In this document: positions 29,961 through 41,192 of the stretch, piece after piece | Layout: every line of letters starts with the position of its first letter | How positions within the stretch are numbered: the first letter of the stretch is position 1 | Translations under genes and position numbers: made by a program | Assembly (NCBI GenBank): GCA_003009755.1 | Contig: PXUB01000032.1 | Coordinates: forward strand, 65,408 to 129,407 | Direction: 5' to 3' | Length of the DNA: 64,000 nt | Source of the DNA: Thermoplasmatales archaeon SW_10_69_26 | GTDB lineage: Archaea; Thermoplasmatota; SW-10-69-26 | The notes under the pieces: generated by a model | The model's database searches: none | What the model was told of the DNA's origin: nothing | The model's input: the letters and a program-made list of their open reading frames with translations, nothing else

Positions 29961-30588
29961 AGGGATCGAACCCGACGGTGTAGCCCTTCTGTTCCAAGAT
30001 CTCCATCGCTTCGCTGGCGAGTTCTCGAGCCTCTTGCTCGTTTGGGACACCGTCGGCAAGCTGGGCATCCCATTCTTCTTGGACGCGCTCCCAGGAGATC
30101 AGGCCTTGGTCGAGAAGCGTCTGGAGATCCTCGATGTCGCGGTCGGGGGTATCCCGCCAGCGGCCGGTCACGCTCTTGAGCAAGAACACGGCGTTGGCTG
30201 GGGCTAGCTCGACGGTCAGGTTGCCCTCGGTGAACCACTCGTCTGTTGCCTCCGCCATGCGCTGGGAGAACTGCAGGCAACCGAAGATCCGTCCGGGCGG
30301 GAACAGATCCATGCTCATCACGTTCTCGCGCTCGCAGTAGATCCACATGTCGAAGGAATCGGTTAGCGGGATCTCCTCGGCCGGCTGGTAACCCACCCGA
30401 CCTAGCTCTTCGATGAGGGTGTGGATGGCCCGGTCGTGGTCGACGACGGCGTCCACGTCCTTGGTGGTGTCCTTGATGCCGCGGGCACTCATGCAGCAGC
30501 CGCCGAAGAGGATGAACCGCGTCGGTGCCTGGATGACCTCGCCGATCCGTTCGAGCTCGGTGCGGATCGTGGCGCGGTCAACGGGCAA
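29959..30588 (-). CDS. Polymerase-beta-superfamily nucleotidyltransferase (AbiEii-like motif), 209 aa
   Basis: NTase signature FILFGGCCMSARGIKDTTKDVDAVVD (hGG...G...T.DhDhhh) followed by a ~100-aa helical C-terminal extension; start overlaps the upstream wHTH gene by 11 bp; stop sits in the IS right end. Confidence 0.65.
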   Translation of the reverse strand: MPVDRATIRTELERIGEVIQAPTRFILFGGCCMSARGIKDTTKDVDAVVDHDRAIHTLIEELGRVGYQPAEEIPLTDSFDMWIYCERENVMSMDLFPPGRIFGCLQFSQRMAEATDEWFTEGNLTVELAPANAVFLLKSVTGRWRDTPDRDIEDLQTLLDQGLISWERVQEEWDAQLADGVPNEQEARELASEAMEILEQKGYTVGFDP

Positions 30589-31597
30589 GGCTGCCCTCCT
30601 CGACGCCGAAGTCCTCTCGGAACCGCTGGATCTCCTCCTCGAGGGGGTGCTCTCCGGTTTCGACGAACACCTTGGCTTCGTCCAAGAGCCCGCCGAGCTG
30701 GTAGAAGAACGCGCGATCGAAGAAGCTCTCGTGTCGGAGCAAGCGGTGGTCCACTGCAGCCAGGAAGAACGCCTTGGCTCTCAGGGCAACATCGTCGGCG
30801 CTGGAACCGGATGGATCCCGGCGGGGGGTTGCCTGGGCACGACAGTAGAGGAACATGTGATCCCAGGGGTCGAGCTCTCGGGGGCCCAGGTAGCCGTAGG
30901 TTGCCTCGCTCGCAATCGGGGAGAAGAGATCCAGATCCGAGGATGGACCCACGAGTTGGATCGGTGGTTCGAGATCGGCGTTGTTGAAGCGCCAGGCCAC
31001 CTCGAGGCCGCGCTGGTGGATGGGATGGTGAGCGAAGACTGCAGCTCGAACCGGGCCTTCCTGTTCTTCCAGCCCTCCCGGGTGGACCGCCTCGCTGGGC
31101 GGTCGGCGGTAGAGGTCGGCGTACTCCTCGATGAGCCATTGCAAACCGCTCAGGCGCGGGTTCGGTTCGAGGCCGCCCTCCGAGGAGAGCAGGAGGTTGC
31201 GGGAGCGCAGGTGGTCGATGGCGTCCTGCCAGGTCGACTTGTGGACGCCGACCAACTCGCGGGCGTCGGGATCACGGTGAGGATAGGGGAAGACGGTGAG
31301 CGCGGCCAAGTGGGTGGGTGCGGAGAGCTCATCCTCGAGGTTGGGTCGCTCGCTGAGGGCGTCCGCACATGCACTCGCCAGGTCGGCGTGGCGGGCGGTG
31401 AAGGTACGGTTGCGTTTGGCTCTCGATGCTTCCAGCAGGTTCAGCTCCTCGAGCTTGCGTACCCGCCGGTCGAGCGTCGACCGGGGGAGGAACTCGAGGT
31501 CCCGCAGCTGGAACCCGTCCGGGTCCGCTGCGGCGAGGATCCGGAGATCGCGGCCGTCGAGTGAGAAACGAACGGGGTTTCGCTTATCACTTGTCAC
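30578..31597 (-). CDS. Winged-helix DNA-binding protein with extended C-terminal domain (AbiEi-like partner of the nucleotidyltransferase)
   Basis: N-terminal wHTH ...LRILAAADPDGFQLRDLEFLPRSTLDRRVRKLEELNLLEA..., then a second predicted wH (...VHKSTWQDAIDHLRSRNLLL...) and a ~150-aa C-terminal domain; 3' end overlaps the NTase start. Confidence 0.6.
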   Translation of the reverse strand: MTSDKRNPVRFSLDGRDLRILAAADPDGFQLRDLEFLPRSTLDRRVRKLEELNLLEASRAKRNRTFTARHADLASACADALSERPNLEDELSAPTHLAALTVFPYPHRDPDARELVGVHKSTWQDAIDHLRSRNLLLSSEGGLEPNPRLSGLQWLIEEYADLYRRPPSEAVHPGGLEEQEGPVRAAVFAHHPIHQRGLEVAWRFNNADLEPPIQLVGPSSDLDLFSPIASEATYGYLGPRELDPWDHMFLYCRAQATPRRDPSGSSADDVALRAKAFFLAAVDHRLLRHESFFDRAFFYQLGGLLDEAKVFVETGEHPLEEEIQRFREDFGVEEGSLAR

Positions 31598-31856
31598 CGG
31601 TTGTTTCCAATCTCGATCAAAGACACTTAAGAGTTCCTCTGATTGGGTGCTTCACAAACGGGTTCACAGACGGTACCGGGAGAGGCGAGGTTCGCCTTTG
31701 GCGACACGCATCGGCGTAGTTCTCTGGATCTGCTTGCAGACGAAGCGGAGACAAGGTGAGTCCCACCTGCATCGTCGAGTAGCTCACGGCACGTAGCCGC
31801 ACCCGGCCTGGCTGGGGAAGAACGACATCTGCGATCCTGGGGGGAATCTTGGAGTC

Positions 31857-34800
31857 TCACGGTTCTGCGGCGTCCGCGGGCTCGGTCAACCACGGCAGGA
31901 TGTGGGCGCGACCGATGACGTCGTCGCAACCCGGGCTCGATGGACCCTGGGCACAACCCCACCAGTTCCGCCTCGCTTCGCCGCCCCCGACGAACCCGGC
32001 CTTCTCATTGCCAGCGATGTTGGAGTTCACTGCCTCCAGGTCGGAACCTCTTGCGTCGACGCCGACCGTGTTGTTGGAGATCTGCATGTGCTGCAGCTCG
32101 GGCTCCAGGATGCTCTGGTCGTTCTCGACCCCGGTAGCGAAACCTTCCACCTTGGTCTCGGTTACGGTGGTCAGCGTGGTTCCGGGGAGCGCGATCCCCG
32201 TTCGCCCGGTCCCGGAGACGACGGTCCCGTGGATCGAGGAGGAGTCCTGGAAGATGATCCCTGTGACGCCTTCGTAGACGATCCCCTGGCGAGCGTCGTC
32301 GATGTGGCTGTTCGAGACATCGATGTTGACCGTAGCCGCCGCTCGGAGGCCGACCTCTCCCTCTTTCACGGTGACGTTAGAGATCGACACGTGTTGGCCG
32401 CCGAGGACCTGGACGCCGACCCCGGTTTCCTCCAGCTCGATGTCCTCGACGATCGTGCGGTTGGTGTTCGCCAGGATGACCTGCCCTGGTGGGACTGGTT
32501 CGCCCTTGGACGTCGTCGGTGGCGGCACGAGGTTCCCGTCGCTGTCGCACCACACCTGTGGGATCACGGCATCTTGGGCGTCTTGACAGAAGAGGACGGG
32601 ACGGTCGTTGACGGTGTTGGCCCGCGTGATCGCCACGTCCGGGACATTCCAGCTGTCCGGCTCGAAGAAGATTCCCCCCTTCGTCATCGCGTTCGCGTCG
32701 ATCCTCGCTTGCTCGACGTCCTGGATCGCGATCGCCTTGGGGAACCCGTCGATGCCGTTCACCGCGATGGTGACGTTGTGGCTCCGTTCTGCTTGGAGTC
32801 CTCCGTCCTCGACCACGGGATACAGGGGGCTGTCAGATTCGTCCGCTGTTCGGTGGATCTCGTTTCCGCGGACGAGGACGTCCTCGGTTCGCTCCAGGGA
32901 CAGCCCTGTCCGTTGAGCCCGGAGGACGTTGTCCTCGACGTGGGCAGCGTCGACGTTCTCGAGGGCTACGGCGGTGCGGCCCTCGAGGTTGGTTCCCTCG
33001 AGGCGGACGTCCTGGCTGTCGACGATCTGGATGGGTACAGCTCCATCCTCGATCTGGAGCCCCCTCACGGTGACGTTCTCGGTACCTTCGAGCACGACCT
33101 GACCGTAACCGGGACGGACGGTTCGGTTGTCCTCGCCGGCCAGGTAGGCGACGGGGCGTCCGCGGACCGTGTTGGAGCGGTCGATATCGTGACCGTTCTC
33201 CGCATGCCCCCAGAGACCGTCCTCGATGCGGAACCCGGCGTCGGTAAGGCGGTTCCGTTGAAGTTGGAGCTGGTCCCCGTCGAGCATGATCCCGGTCTCG
33301 TTCGCCTCGACCGTGTTCTCTCGGACGGCGTACTGCTCGCCGCCGAGAAGCATCCCGACGTGGGAACCATCGACCAAGTTGTCGACGGCGCGACTCCGTT
33401 CGCCCGCGAGGAGCACGATCCCGTGAGTGCCTCCCTGGACGGAGGTGTTCGCGACCGTGACGTTGCGGCCAACGGCTAGGACGCCGCCCAGGGGATCCCC
33501 TTCCCCGGGCATGCGAACATCAGCACTGCGGATAGAGCCCCGCTGGTCCGGGGCGTCGCCAGCGACGCCTACGGCTGGTTGAAGGACACCGCCGATACCG
33601 TGCAGGAGGCGGATCCCGAGATCCGAGACGTTGATCTCGACATTCACGAACTCCACGCCATCACCGCCGATGGCGCTCAGGCCTCGCCAACCGCCGGTGA
33701 CGCTGACGTTGCGGACGGTCACGTTGTCGGTTTTGAAGGTCTGCACGCCGACCGTGGTGGGGCCGAGCTCGCGGTTCTCGATGACGGTGTCCGAGACGTT
33801 GACGAGGATGATCTGGCCGGCTGGCCCCTCCGGGCTCGCCGAGCTTGTGTCGGTGACGTAGCGGATGGGATCGCCGTTGACGGTGTTCGAGGGAGGGATC
33901 TCGTGGGACCCCGCCGAGCGGTACCCCTCGAGATGGACACCGGTTTCCTGGAACTCGTTCCGGTAGAGCGAGGCGTTGTCCGCCGAGGAGAGCCGAAGCC
34001 CGACGTCGGCGCCGCGGAGCCGGTTGTCCTTCAAGACGATCCCGTCGGACGAGGTGTGAATCCCGACCTCGGTCGCCTCGATCGTGTTGTTGTGGATTTT
34101 GGGGGTGTCCGTCCCCCGCAGCTGGATCCCGTGACGGGCCTCGAGGATTTTGTTCCGACTCAAGGACGTACCGGGAGAGGGCCAGACGAGGTCCACCCCC
34201 TGGTCGACGTTCTCGATGGTGTTCCCCTCGGCCTTCATTGTGGCGTCCCTCGCTCTCAACCCGACCGACCAGTTGACCAGCTGGTTCGCCTCGAACACCG
34301 CGGTTGCACCAACGGCGACACTGAGGGCTGTCCCCGAGGGGAACCCACGGTCGGGGGGAGAACGGCCCAAGAGCGTGTTGTTCTTGGCCACGAGCGTGGC
34401 GGAGCCTCCAGCAGCGAGGCCGTCTTCCTTCCACCCCGGGCGGATCTCGGTGCCGGTCACGATCGCTTCGCTGGCTCCGATGGAGATGGGGCCGTCGACC
34501 CGGCTTCGAGTGACGTTGAGCGAGGAGTCCGTGGTGACGATAGCTCCTTCCGCCTTCACGGCTGTCAGGTTCACCGAGGCCTGTGTTGCGGTGATGCCCG
34601 CAGAGAACGAGCCGGCCACGCTGTCGAGGGAGGCGTTGGTGACGGAGACCGAGGTCCGCGTCCGCTCGTCGGTCCATCCGTCGAGGACGATGCTGCCGCC
34701 GCCGTGAACGCGCAGGCCCTCGTGGGCGTCGCCCACCTTGTTGTCGGTGAGCTCGGCGGAGGCGTCCGTTTCGAGAGCGGTACGGGCGGAGCGGATCTGG

Positions 34801-35810
34801 TTCTGAGTGAACGCTCGGATCTCCGAGTCGAGGATGCGGAATCCGTCGGGGCCGGGGCGGTGGGGAAGCGGCGTTCCGACAAGGTTGGCCTGGACGTCCA
34901 GTCCGTTGATGCGTTGGAGGTCCATGGCCACGGCTGGGTCCTCGCCGTAGCAACACAGGGTGGTCGGGTAGGACACCGTGTTCGCTTCGATTATCACGTT
35001 CGAAGCGTTCGTGACCGAGAGGGCCTGGAAGCTCCGCTCGAACCTGTTGTCGGCGACGTGGAGGTGATCGCTTCCTTCTGCCTCCAGGCTAGGCGGTGGT
35101 GGCGTATCACGAGCGGCGAAGTCGTCGACGGACCCTGGCAGGGGGGAAAACGCCATCTCGTCCTGGGGGAGGATACGGTTATCCTGGATCGTGATGTTCG
35201 TGGCGTTGGCGAGGAACACCGTCGTCGGTCGGGCCTTGCGGCCGGCATCCTCGGGTGAAGGTTCGCCGCCGATGCGATTGTCTTGGAGGACGACGTGGGC
35301 GTCCGTGTCCTCGACCCTGATGCTCGTCACGTTCCAGCCCGCGATCAGATAGGGATCCTCGGAGGTGCCCTCGCCGTCGACCACGCCCGAGCCAGGCCGG
35401 TAGGTGGATTCCCCGGTGAGCGGTTCGCGGAGCTCGAATCCCTGTCGAGGCTGGTCGCCATCGATTGTGATGGGTGGATGATGGGGTCGCTGGGCGTGAT
35501 CAACGGGCTTAGTTCCTGCTTCGTCCGCGCCGAGGCTGGAGGGACAGCGTGCGGGAGGCTCGCATCGGTTGAAGGTGTGGGCCGAGGCGGGCTCCTCTCT
35601 GGGGAGAGCCTCGAAGTTGGGGGATGGTTGGGTGTCGATGCGGTCCTCCGTGTGGAGGATGCCACGTTCTGCTTGATCGAGGGTGGGAAAGCCCGCTGCC
35701 GCGTTCTGTAGGAAGAGACCGAAGGCGAGGAGGGCCCCCATGCAGGCGAGCGAAGCGGGGATCGGTCGTGTACGCCTGGGGAAACACATGGCCACGGGCG
35801 GCTGGCTCAC
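31857..35810 (-). CDS. Giant secreted right-handed parallel beta-helix (PbH1/NosD-like) repeat protein, 1317 aa
   Basis: Signal peptide ...MGALLAFGLFLQNAAAG; dozens of ~22-aa repeats of the pattern NxIxxNxxxGIxL / VxNNTIxxxxxG across the whole length; acidic C-terminus. Confidence 0.75.
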   Translation of the reverse strand: MSQPPVAMCFPRRTRPIPASLACMGALLAFGLFLQNAAAGFPTLDQAERGILHTEDRIDTQPSPNFEALPREEPASAHTFNRCEPPARCPSSLGADEAGTKPVDHAQRPHHPPITIDGDQPRQGFELREPLTGESTYRPGSGVVDGEGTSEDPYLIAGWNVTSIRVEDTDAHVVLQDNRIGGEPSPEDAGRKARPTTVFLANATNITIQDNRILPQDEMAFSPLPGSVDDFAARDTPPPPSLEAEGSDHLHVADNRFERSFQALSVTNASNVIIEANTVSYPTTLCCYGEDPAVAMDLQRINGLDVQANLVGTPLPHRPGPDGFRILDSEIRAFTQNQIRSARTALETDASAELTDNKVGDAHEGLRVHGGGSIVLDGWTDERTRTSVSVTNASLDSVAGSFSAGITATQASVNLTAVKAEGAIVTTDSSLNVTRSRVDGPISIGASEAIVTGTEIRPGWKEDGLAAGGSATLVAKNNTLLGRSPPDRGFPSGTALSVAVGATAVFEANQLVNWSVGLRARDATMKAEGNTIENVDQGVDLVWPSPGTSLSRNKILEARHGIQLRGTDTPKIHNNTIEATEVGIHTSSDGIVLKDNRLRGADVGLRLSSADNASLYRNEFQETGVHLEGYRSAGSHEIPPSNTVNGDPIRYVTDTSSASPEGPAGQIILVNVSDTVIENRELGPTTVGVQTFKTDNVTVRNVSVTGGWRGLSAIGGDGVEFVNVEINVSDLGIRLLHGIGGVLQPAVGVAGDAPDQRGSIRSADVRMPGEGDPLGGVLAVGRNVTVANTSVQGGTHGIVLLAGERSRAVDNLVDGSHVGMLLGGEQYAVRENTVEANETGIMLDGDQLQLQRNRLTDAGFRIEDGLWGHAENGHDIDRSNTVRGRPVAYLAGEDNRTVRPGYGQVVLEGTENVTVRGLQIEDGAVPIQIVDSQDVRLEGTNLEGRTAVALENVDAAHVEDNVLRAQRTGLSLERTEDVLVRGNEIHRTADESDSPLYPVVEDGGLQAERSHNVTIAVNGIDGFPKAIAIQDVEQARIDANAMTKGGIFFEPDSWNVPDVAITRANTVNDRPVLFCQDAQDAVIPQVWCDSDGNLVPPPTTSKGEPVPPGQVILANTNRTIVEDIELEETGVGVQVLGGQHVSISNVTVKEGEVGLRAAATVNIDVSNSHIDDARQGIVYEGVTGIIFQDSSSIHGTVVSGTGRTGIALPGTTLTTVTETKVEGFATGVENDQSILEPELQHMQISNNTVGVDARGSDLEAVNSNIAGNEKAGFVGGGEARRNWWGCAQGPSSPGCDDVIGRAHILPWLTEPADAAEP

Positions 35811-36049
35811 GGTTCCGCCTCCGAGTCGGGCTCGGCCAACCCTGATTCGACCAAGACGTTCCCCTCGATACCGTCTCCGCTGGTCGAGAGACCGTTCACG
35901 GAGGCCAGCCCTGTGCTGGGAACCGGAATCAGGGTGATGGCAACGGTGAGCGTCAGGCTGCGCAGCTCCTCCTGCCTCGGACGTCCAATCGTGACAGCCG
36001 ACTCAAAAGCGTGTGGATAGAACCGAAGGGGTAGAACCGGCTCGGACAC
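35807..36049 (-). CDS. Hypothetical small protein (80 aa) overlapping the start of the giant beta-helix gene by 4 bp
   Basis: ORF MSEPVLPLRFYPHAFESAVTIGRPRQEEL...AEPDSEAEP; ATGA overlap suggests coupling but there is no recognisable domain. Confidence 0.25.
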   Translation of the reverse strand: MSEPVLPLRFYPHAFESAVTIGRPRQEELRSLTLTVAITLIPVPSTGLASVNGLSTSGDGIEGNVLVESGLAEPDSEAEP

Positions 36050-36119
36050 CGTACGACGGTCGCCGACGGTATGCGAGAGGTCGGCTGCCCTCGCCCTCCT
36101 CCAGCGGGTGTTACACCAG

Positions 36120-37345
36120 CCTAGTGCTTCTCAGCTTGTGTCAGTAGTACCGGGCCACTCCGAACTGAACTCACATCCCGGGGTTCTGTAGCTGTCTCAG
36201 CCAGACGGAGCCCATTTGGTCTTCAAGGCCTCTAGCGGCTATCTCCGGCCCCTTCATCGCTTCAGCCGTCACGATCGCTTCGAGCGACAAAAGTCCGTGG
36301 TGGAGGGCCTTGTTGTCGCTAGTTCCTCTCCCAACTGAGAGACGTTTAGAACCTCGCCCACACCCCTCCACCGCCCGTCTCCCTGGGCATGACCGATGAG
36401 TTGCCCAGCCTGACCGAATTCGTCAACACCCACCCCACCGAAGACGACTGCCGGCAATACTCCGCGAGAAACGCTGGGGCGAGGACGGCTTTGAATGCCT
36501 ACACTGCGGAGAAGACGAACACTGGGGCTTCATCGAAACGCGCCACCTGTTCCAGTGCCACGAGTGCGGCAAGCAAACCAGTGTGACCGCGGGCACGATC
36601 CTGCAGGACACCAAGCTCGACCTGCAGACCTGGTTTTTGGCGATCTACCACGTCATCAAAACCAAGAAGGGCATCACGGAGCCCGAGCTCGCCCGCACGC
36701 TCGGCGTGCACGCGGAGACCGCGCACAACATCCGCCAGAAGATCTACCGCATCCTGAGACGCGCGCAACACCGGCCGTTAACCGGCGTGGTCGAGGCCGA
36801 TGAAACCTACGTCGGCGGCAAGCGCCCCGACGATCCCAGCGGCCGGGGCACCACGAAACAGTGCGTGGTCGCCCTCGTCGAGAACAAAGACGAGGAAGCC
36901 GGCAACCTGCACCTGCAATGCGTGCCCGGCGCCGGCGGCGAGAACCTGGCCCCCACCGTGCGAGCCCGCGTGCAGGAAGGCTCGATGTTGTGGACGGACA
37001 ACGGGGACGGCTACAACGGGCTTGCGGCCTACGAGCGCGAGGTTCGCCAACCCGACGACGATCAGGAGATGCACGACGTGCTGCCGTGGAGTCACCGGTG
37101 TTCAGCAACCTCAAACGCGTGCTGTACGGGGTGCACGCCTACGTGGAGAACTGGAACGTGCAGCCGTACTTGGACGCGTTCACGTTCCGCTTCAACCACC
37201 GCCCGTTCCTCGGCAAGGCCCTCGAGAAGGCCTTGCAAGGCATCGTTGAGACTCTTCCTCGACCGAACGATCGGCTCAAACGATCCGGGCAGCTGGGGGC
37301 AGCGGCGTAGAGGGGGTTACTGAGACACCCCGAGAAGCACTTAGC
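36120..37345 (+). mobile_element. IS1595-family insertion sequence (about 1.2 kb)
   Basis: Terminal IRs CTAGTGCTTCTCAGCTTGTGTCAGTAGTACC (36120-) and the reverse complement of ...GGTTACTGAGACACCCCGAGAAGCACTTAG (-37345); encloses an IS1595-type transposase. Confidence 0.6.
36389..37310 (+). pseudogene. IS1595-family transposase with two frameshifts (near 36465 and 37085)
   Basis: Zn-ribbon region RWGEDGFECLHCGEDEHWGFIETRHLFQCHECGKQTSVTAGTILQDTKL... and the C-terminal signature ...FSNLKRVLYGVHAYVENWNVQPYLDAFTFRFNHR... are found in three different frames. Confidence 0.7.
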
Positions 37346-37471
37346 CCGGAAGGCCGCTAGCGCCTCCCGGGGGCCGATCGCTGGGCGCGACACCGCGTCG
37401 CACCGGCCGGGCAACGCTTTTATCCTGGACCAGGGTTGGAGACGTTGCCGCGATTCTGCGGCGCTCACCGT

Positions 37472-37544
37472 GGCCCGCGTAGGGTAGTGGTCATCCTCAC
37501 GGCTTGTGGAGCCGTGGAGGCGGGTTCGACTCTCGCCGCGGGCC
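37472..37544 (+). tRNA. tRNA-His (anticodon GTG) with encoded G-1
   Basis: Hand-folded: G-1 then acceptor GCCCGCG/CGCGGGC, anticodon stem CACGGC/GCCGTG with loop TTGTGGA (GTG), T-arm GCGGG-TTCGACT-CTCGC, discriminator C pairing with G-1. Confidence 0.8.
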
Positions 37545-37774
37545 CTCACTTCGACCCTCCGCAGGTTCTCCCATCGATCGAGCTCCGAACAGAGGGCCTC
37601 AGGGTCGTGCTCTGAGGGGAGGCGACCGGAACCTGAGCGCGTCTCGGCGAGCCGACCGGCTCGGCCGGCGGGCGCGTTGCTCGGCGTAGGGGTCCGCGTG
37701 GGCACGAAGGAACGGGTTGCCCAGCGATCGCTGGCGGTGGGCGCTCGACGCGTTCATCGTCGCTCCCCAGCTCC

Positions 37775-37978
37775 TCACGTCCGCGCGAACACGACCGTCG
37801 TCTCCCCGTCCCGGTGGAGCGGGACGGGCGCGTAGTCGCTCGGGTCGAAGGCGTAGCCACCGCCCCTGCCGGCGTCGACGTGGTCGCAGATGCGCAGCCG
37901 CAACCAGGCCTTGCGGACGTGGTCGACGGCGGCCTCCGCGTCGACGGTGGGCTCGCGGTCGTCGCGGGTATCGATCAT
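37775..37978 (-). CDS. Hypothetical small acidic protein (67 aa); a tandem paralogue lies upstream but is disrupted
   Basis: MIDTRDDREPTVDAEAAVDHVRKAWLRLRICDHVDAGRGGGYAFDPSDYAPVPLHRDGETTVVFART. An upstream copy (about 38037-38171) with the same DHVRxxWLRxR...RGGG...P.P...DGET pattern needs a frameshift in a C5 run and ends at an in-frame TAG. Confidence 0.3.
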   Translation of the reverse strand: MIDTRDDREPTVDAEAAVDHVRKAWLRLRICDHVDAGRGGGYAFDPSDYAPVPLHRDGETTVVFART

Positions 37979-38324
37979 CGTCGGCTCACCATCCCCCTCG
38001 TGAACCTCGGAGACCTTGAAGCACCTCTAGCGATCCTCGAAGACGCTGGCCTTCCTCCCGCTGATCTTCGCGAAGGCGAACCCGGTCTCGCCGTCCTCCT
38101 CGACGGGGATCGGCTGGTACTCGCAGATCCCAGCCACAACCCCCGCCGCGCTCCGTCTCGAGCATCGACATCACCCGGTCACGCAGCCACGTGCGCCGGA
38201 CGTGATCGCCCCCGTCGGGGCTGGGAGGCTCGGAGAGGGGGCCGCGGGGCTCGTCACCGGACGCCGGCGGGTCGGGCGCGCGCTCATCGTGACCACACGA
38301 GGGTCTCCTCGCCCAGGCACTTGA

Positions 38325-40493
<2,169 letters not shown>

Positions 40494-40499
40494 GTTGCT

Positions 40500-40640
40500 C
40501 GGCTGATCCGGAAGTCCGCTCGCTCCACCGCTTCGGGGGTCGCTTGCGTCCTTCCGGATGCCGGACGAACGCTCGACGTTGCGGGTCTCGCGTTCGTCCT
40601 CTCCGCAGACCGGCCTCTCCAGCGGCATGCCGGTCTGCGG
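40500..40640 (+). other. Three consecutive perfect stem-loops between the gyrB stop and the gyrB 3' remnant
   Basis: TCCGGAAG...CTTCCGGA, GGACGAACGC...GCGTTCGTCC and CCGCAGACCGG...CCGGTCTGCGG, each 8-11 bp stems. Confidence 0.55.
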
Positions 40641-40641
40641 A

Positions 40642-40744
40642 CCAAGCCGAGCAGCTGTTCGACGTGCTCATGGGTGACGAGGTGGAGCCTCGCCGCGAGT
40701 TCATCATGGAGCACGCGGATGAGGTCCAGGTGCTGGACGTTTGA
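40642..40744 (+). pseudogene. Diverged duplicate of the last 34 codons of gyrB (3' gene remnant)
   Basis: Encodes [33 protein letters not shown] versus gyrB ...[33 protein letters not shown]. The first 33 nt are identical; after that mostly synonymous substitutions (about 88% nt identity). Confidence 0.8.
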
Positions 40745-40820
40745 CGACTGAACCTCATCCGATGCATCCGCGCAGGCTGGAGCCCGAAGCCTCAAGCCGG
40801 TCGGAGGGCCTCGCGAGTCC

Positions 40821-41192
40821 ATGGATCGTCGCCGGGGCCTCGTGGCCCTCGGCGTCGGCCTCGTCGTGTCGTTGGCCGTCGTCTGGGCCTTCTTCGCCAC
40901 GCTGCTCCCGTTTGCGGGGCCCAGCACTGGTCATCCGTGGCGAGGCGGCGTCCCGTTCGTCGCCGTCGTCTTCGCCGGCTTCGGTCTCGCCCGGCGGATC
41001 GAGGGATCCGGGCGGCGGATCGGCGTCCTCGTGGGGCTCCCGGGCGCTGCGATCGGCGGCGTGCTGGGCGTGCTCGCCGCCCTGCGCAGGGCCCACCTGC
41101 TCGCTGTTGCAGGCCTCGTCGTCGTCTACCTGGCGTCGGCGAGCCTCGGGGGCTGGCTCGGGGGTCGGCGCGGGATGGTGGCCGGCCGCTAG
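40821..41192 (+). CDS. Hypothetical small membrane protein (123 aa, about 4 TM)
   Basis: MDRRRGLVALGVGLVVSLAVVWAFFATLLPFAG...; the TAG stop is formed by the TA target plus the first G of the MITE. Confidence 0.4.
   Translation: MDRRRGLVALGVGLVVSLAVVWAFFATLLPFAGPSTGHPWRGGVPFVAVVFAGFGLARRIEGSGRRIGVLVGLPGAAIGGVLGVLAALRRAHLLAVAGLVVVYLASASLGGWLGGRRGMVAGR

Noticed and set aside
30413-31564. 383-aa plus-strand ORF
   Set aside because: Antisense to the wHTH gene, whose translation has coherent domain structure
36225-36255. Possible direct repeat AAGGCCNCTAGCG...CTCC.GG.CC at 36225-36255 and 37346-37375, as an alternative IS1595 boundary or target duplication
   Set aside because: The match is short and gapped; the terminal inverted repeats at 36120 and 37345 give a cleaner element definition, so this is left unresolved
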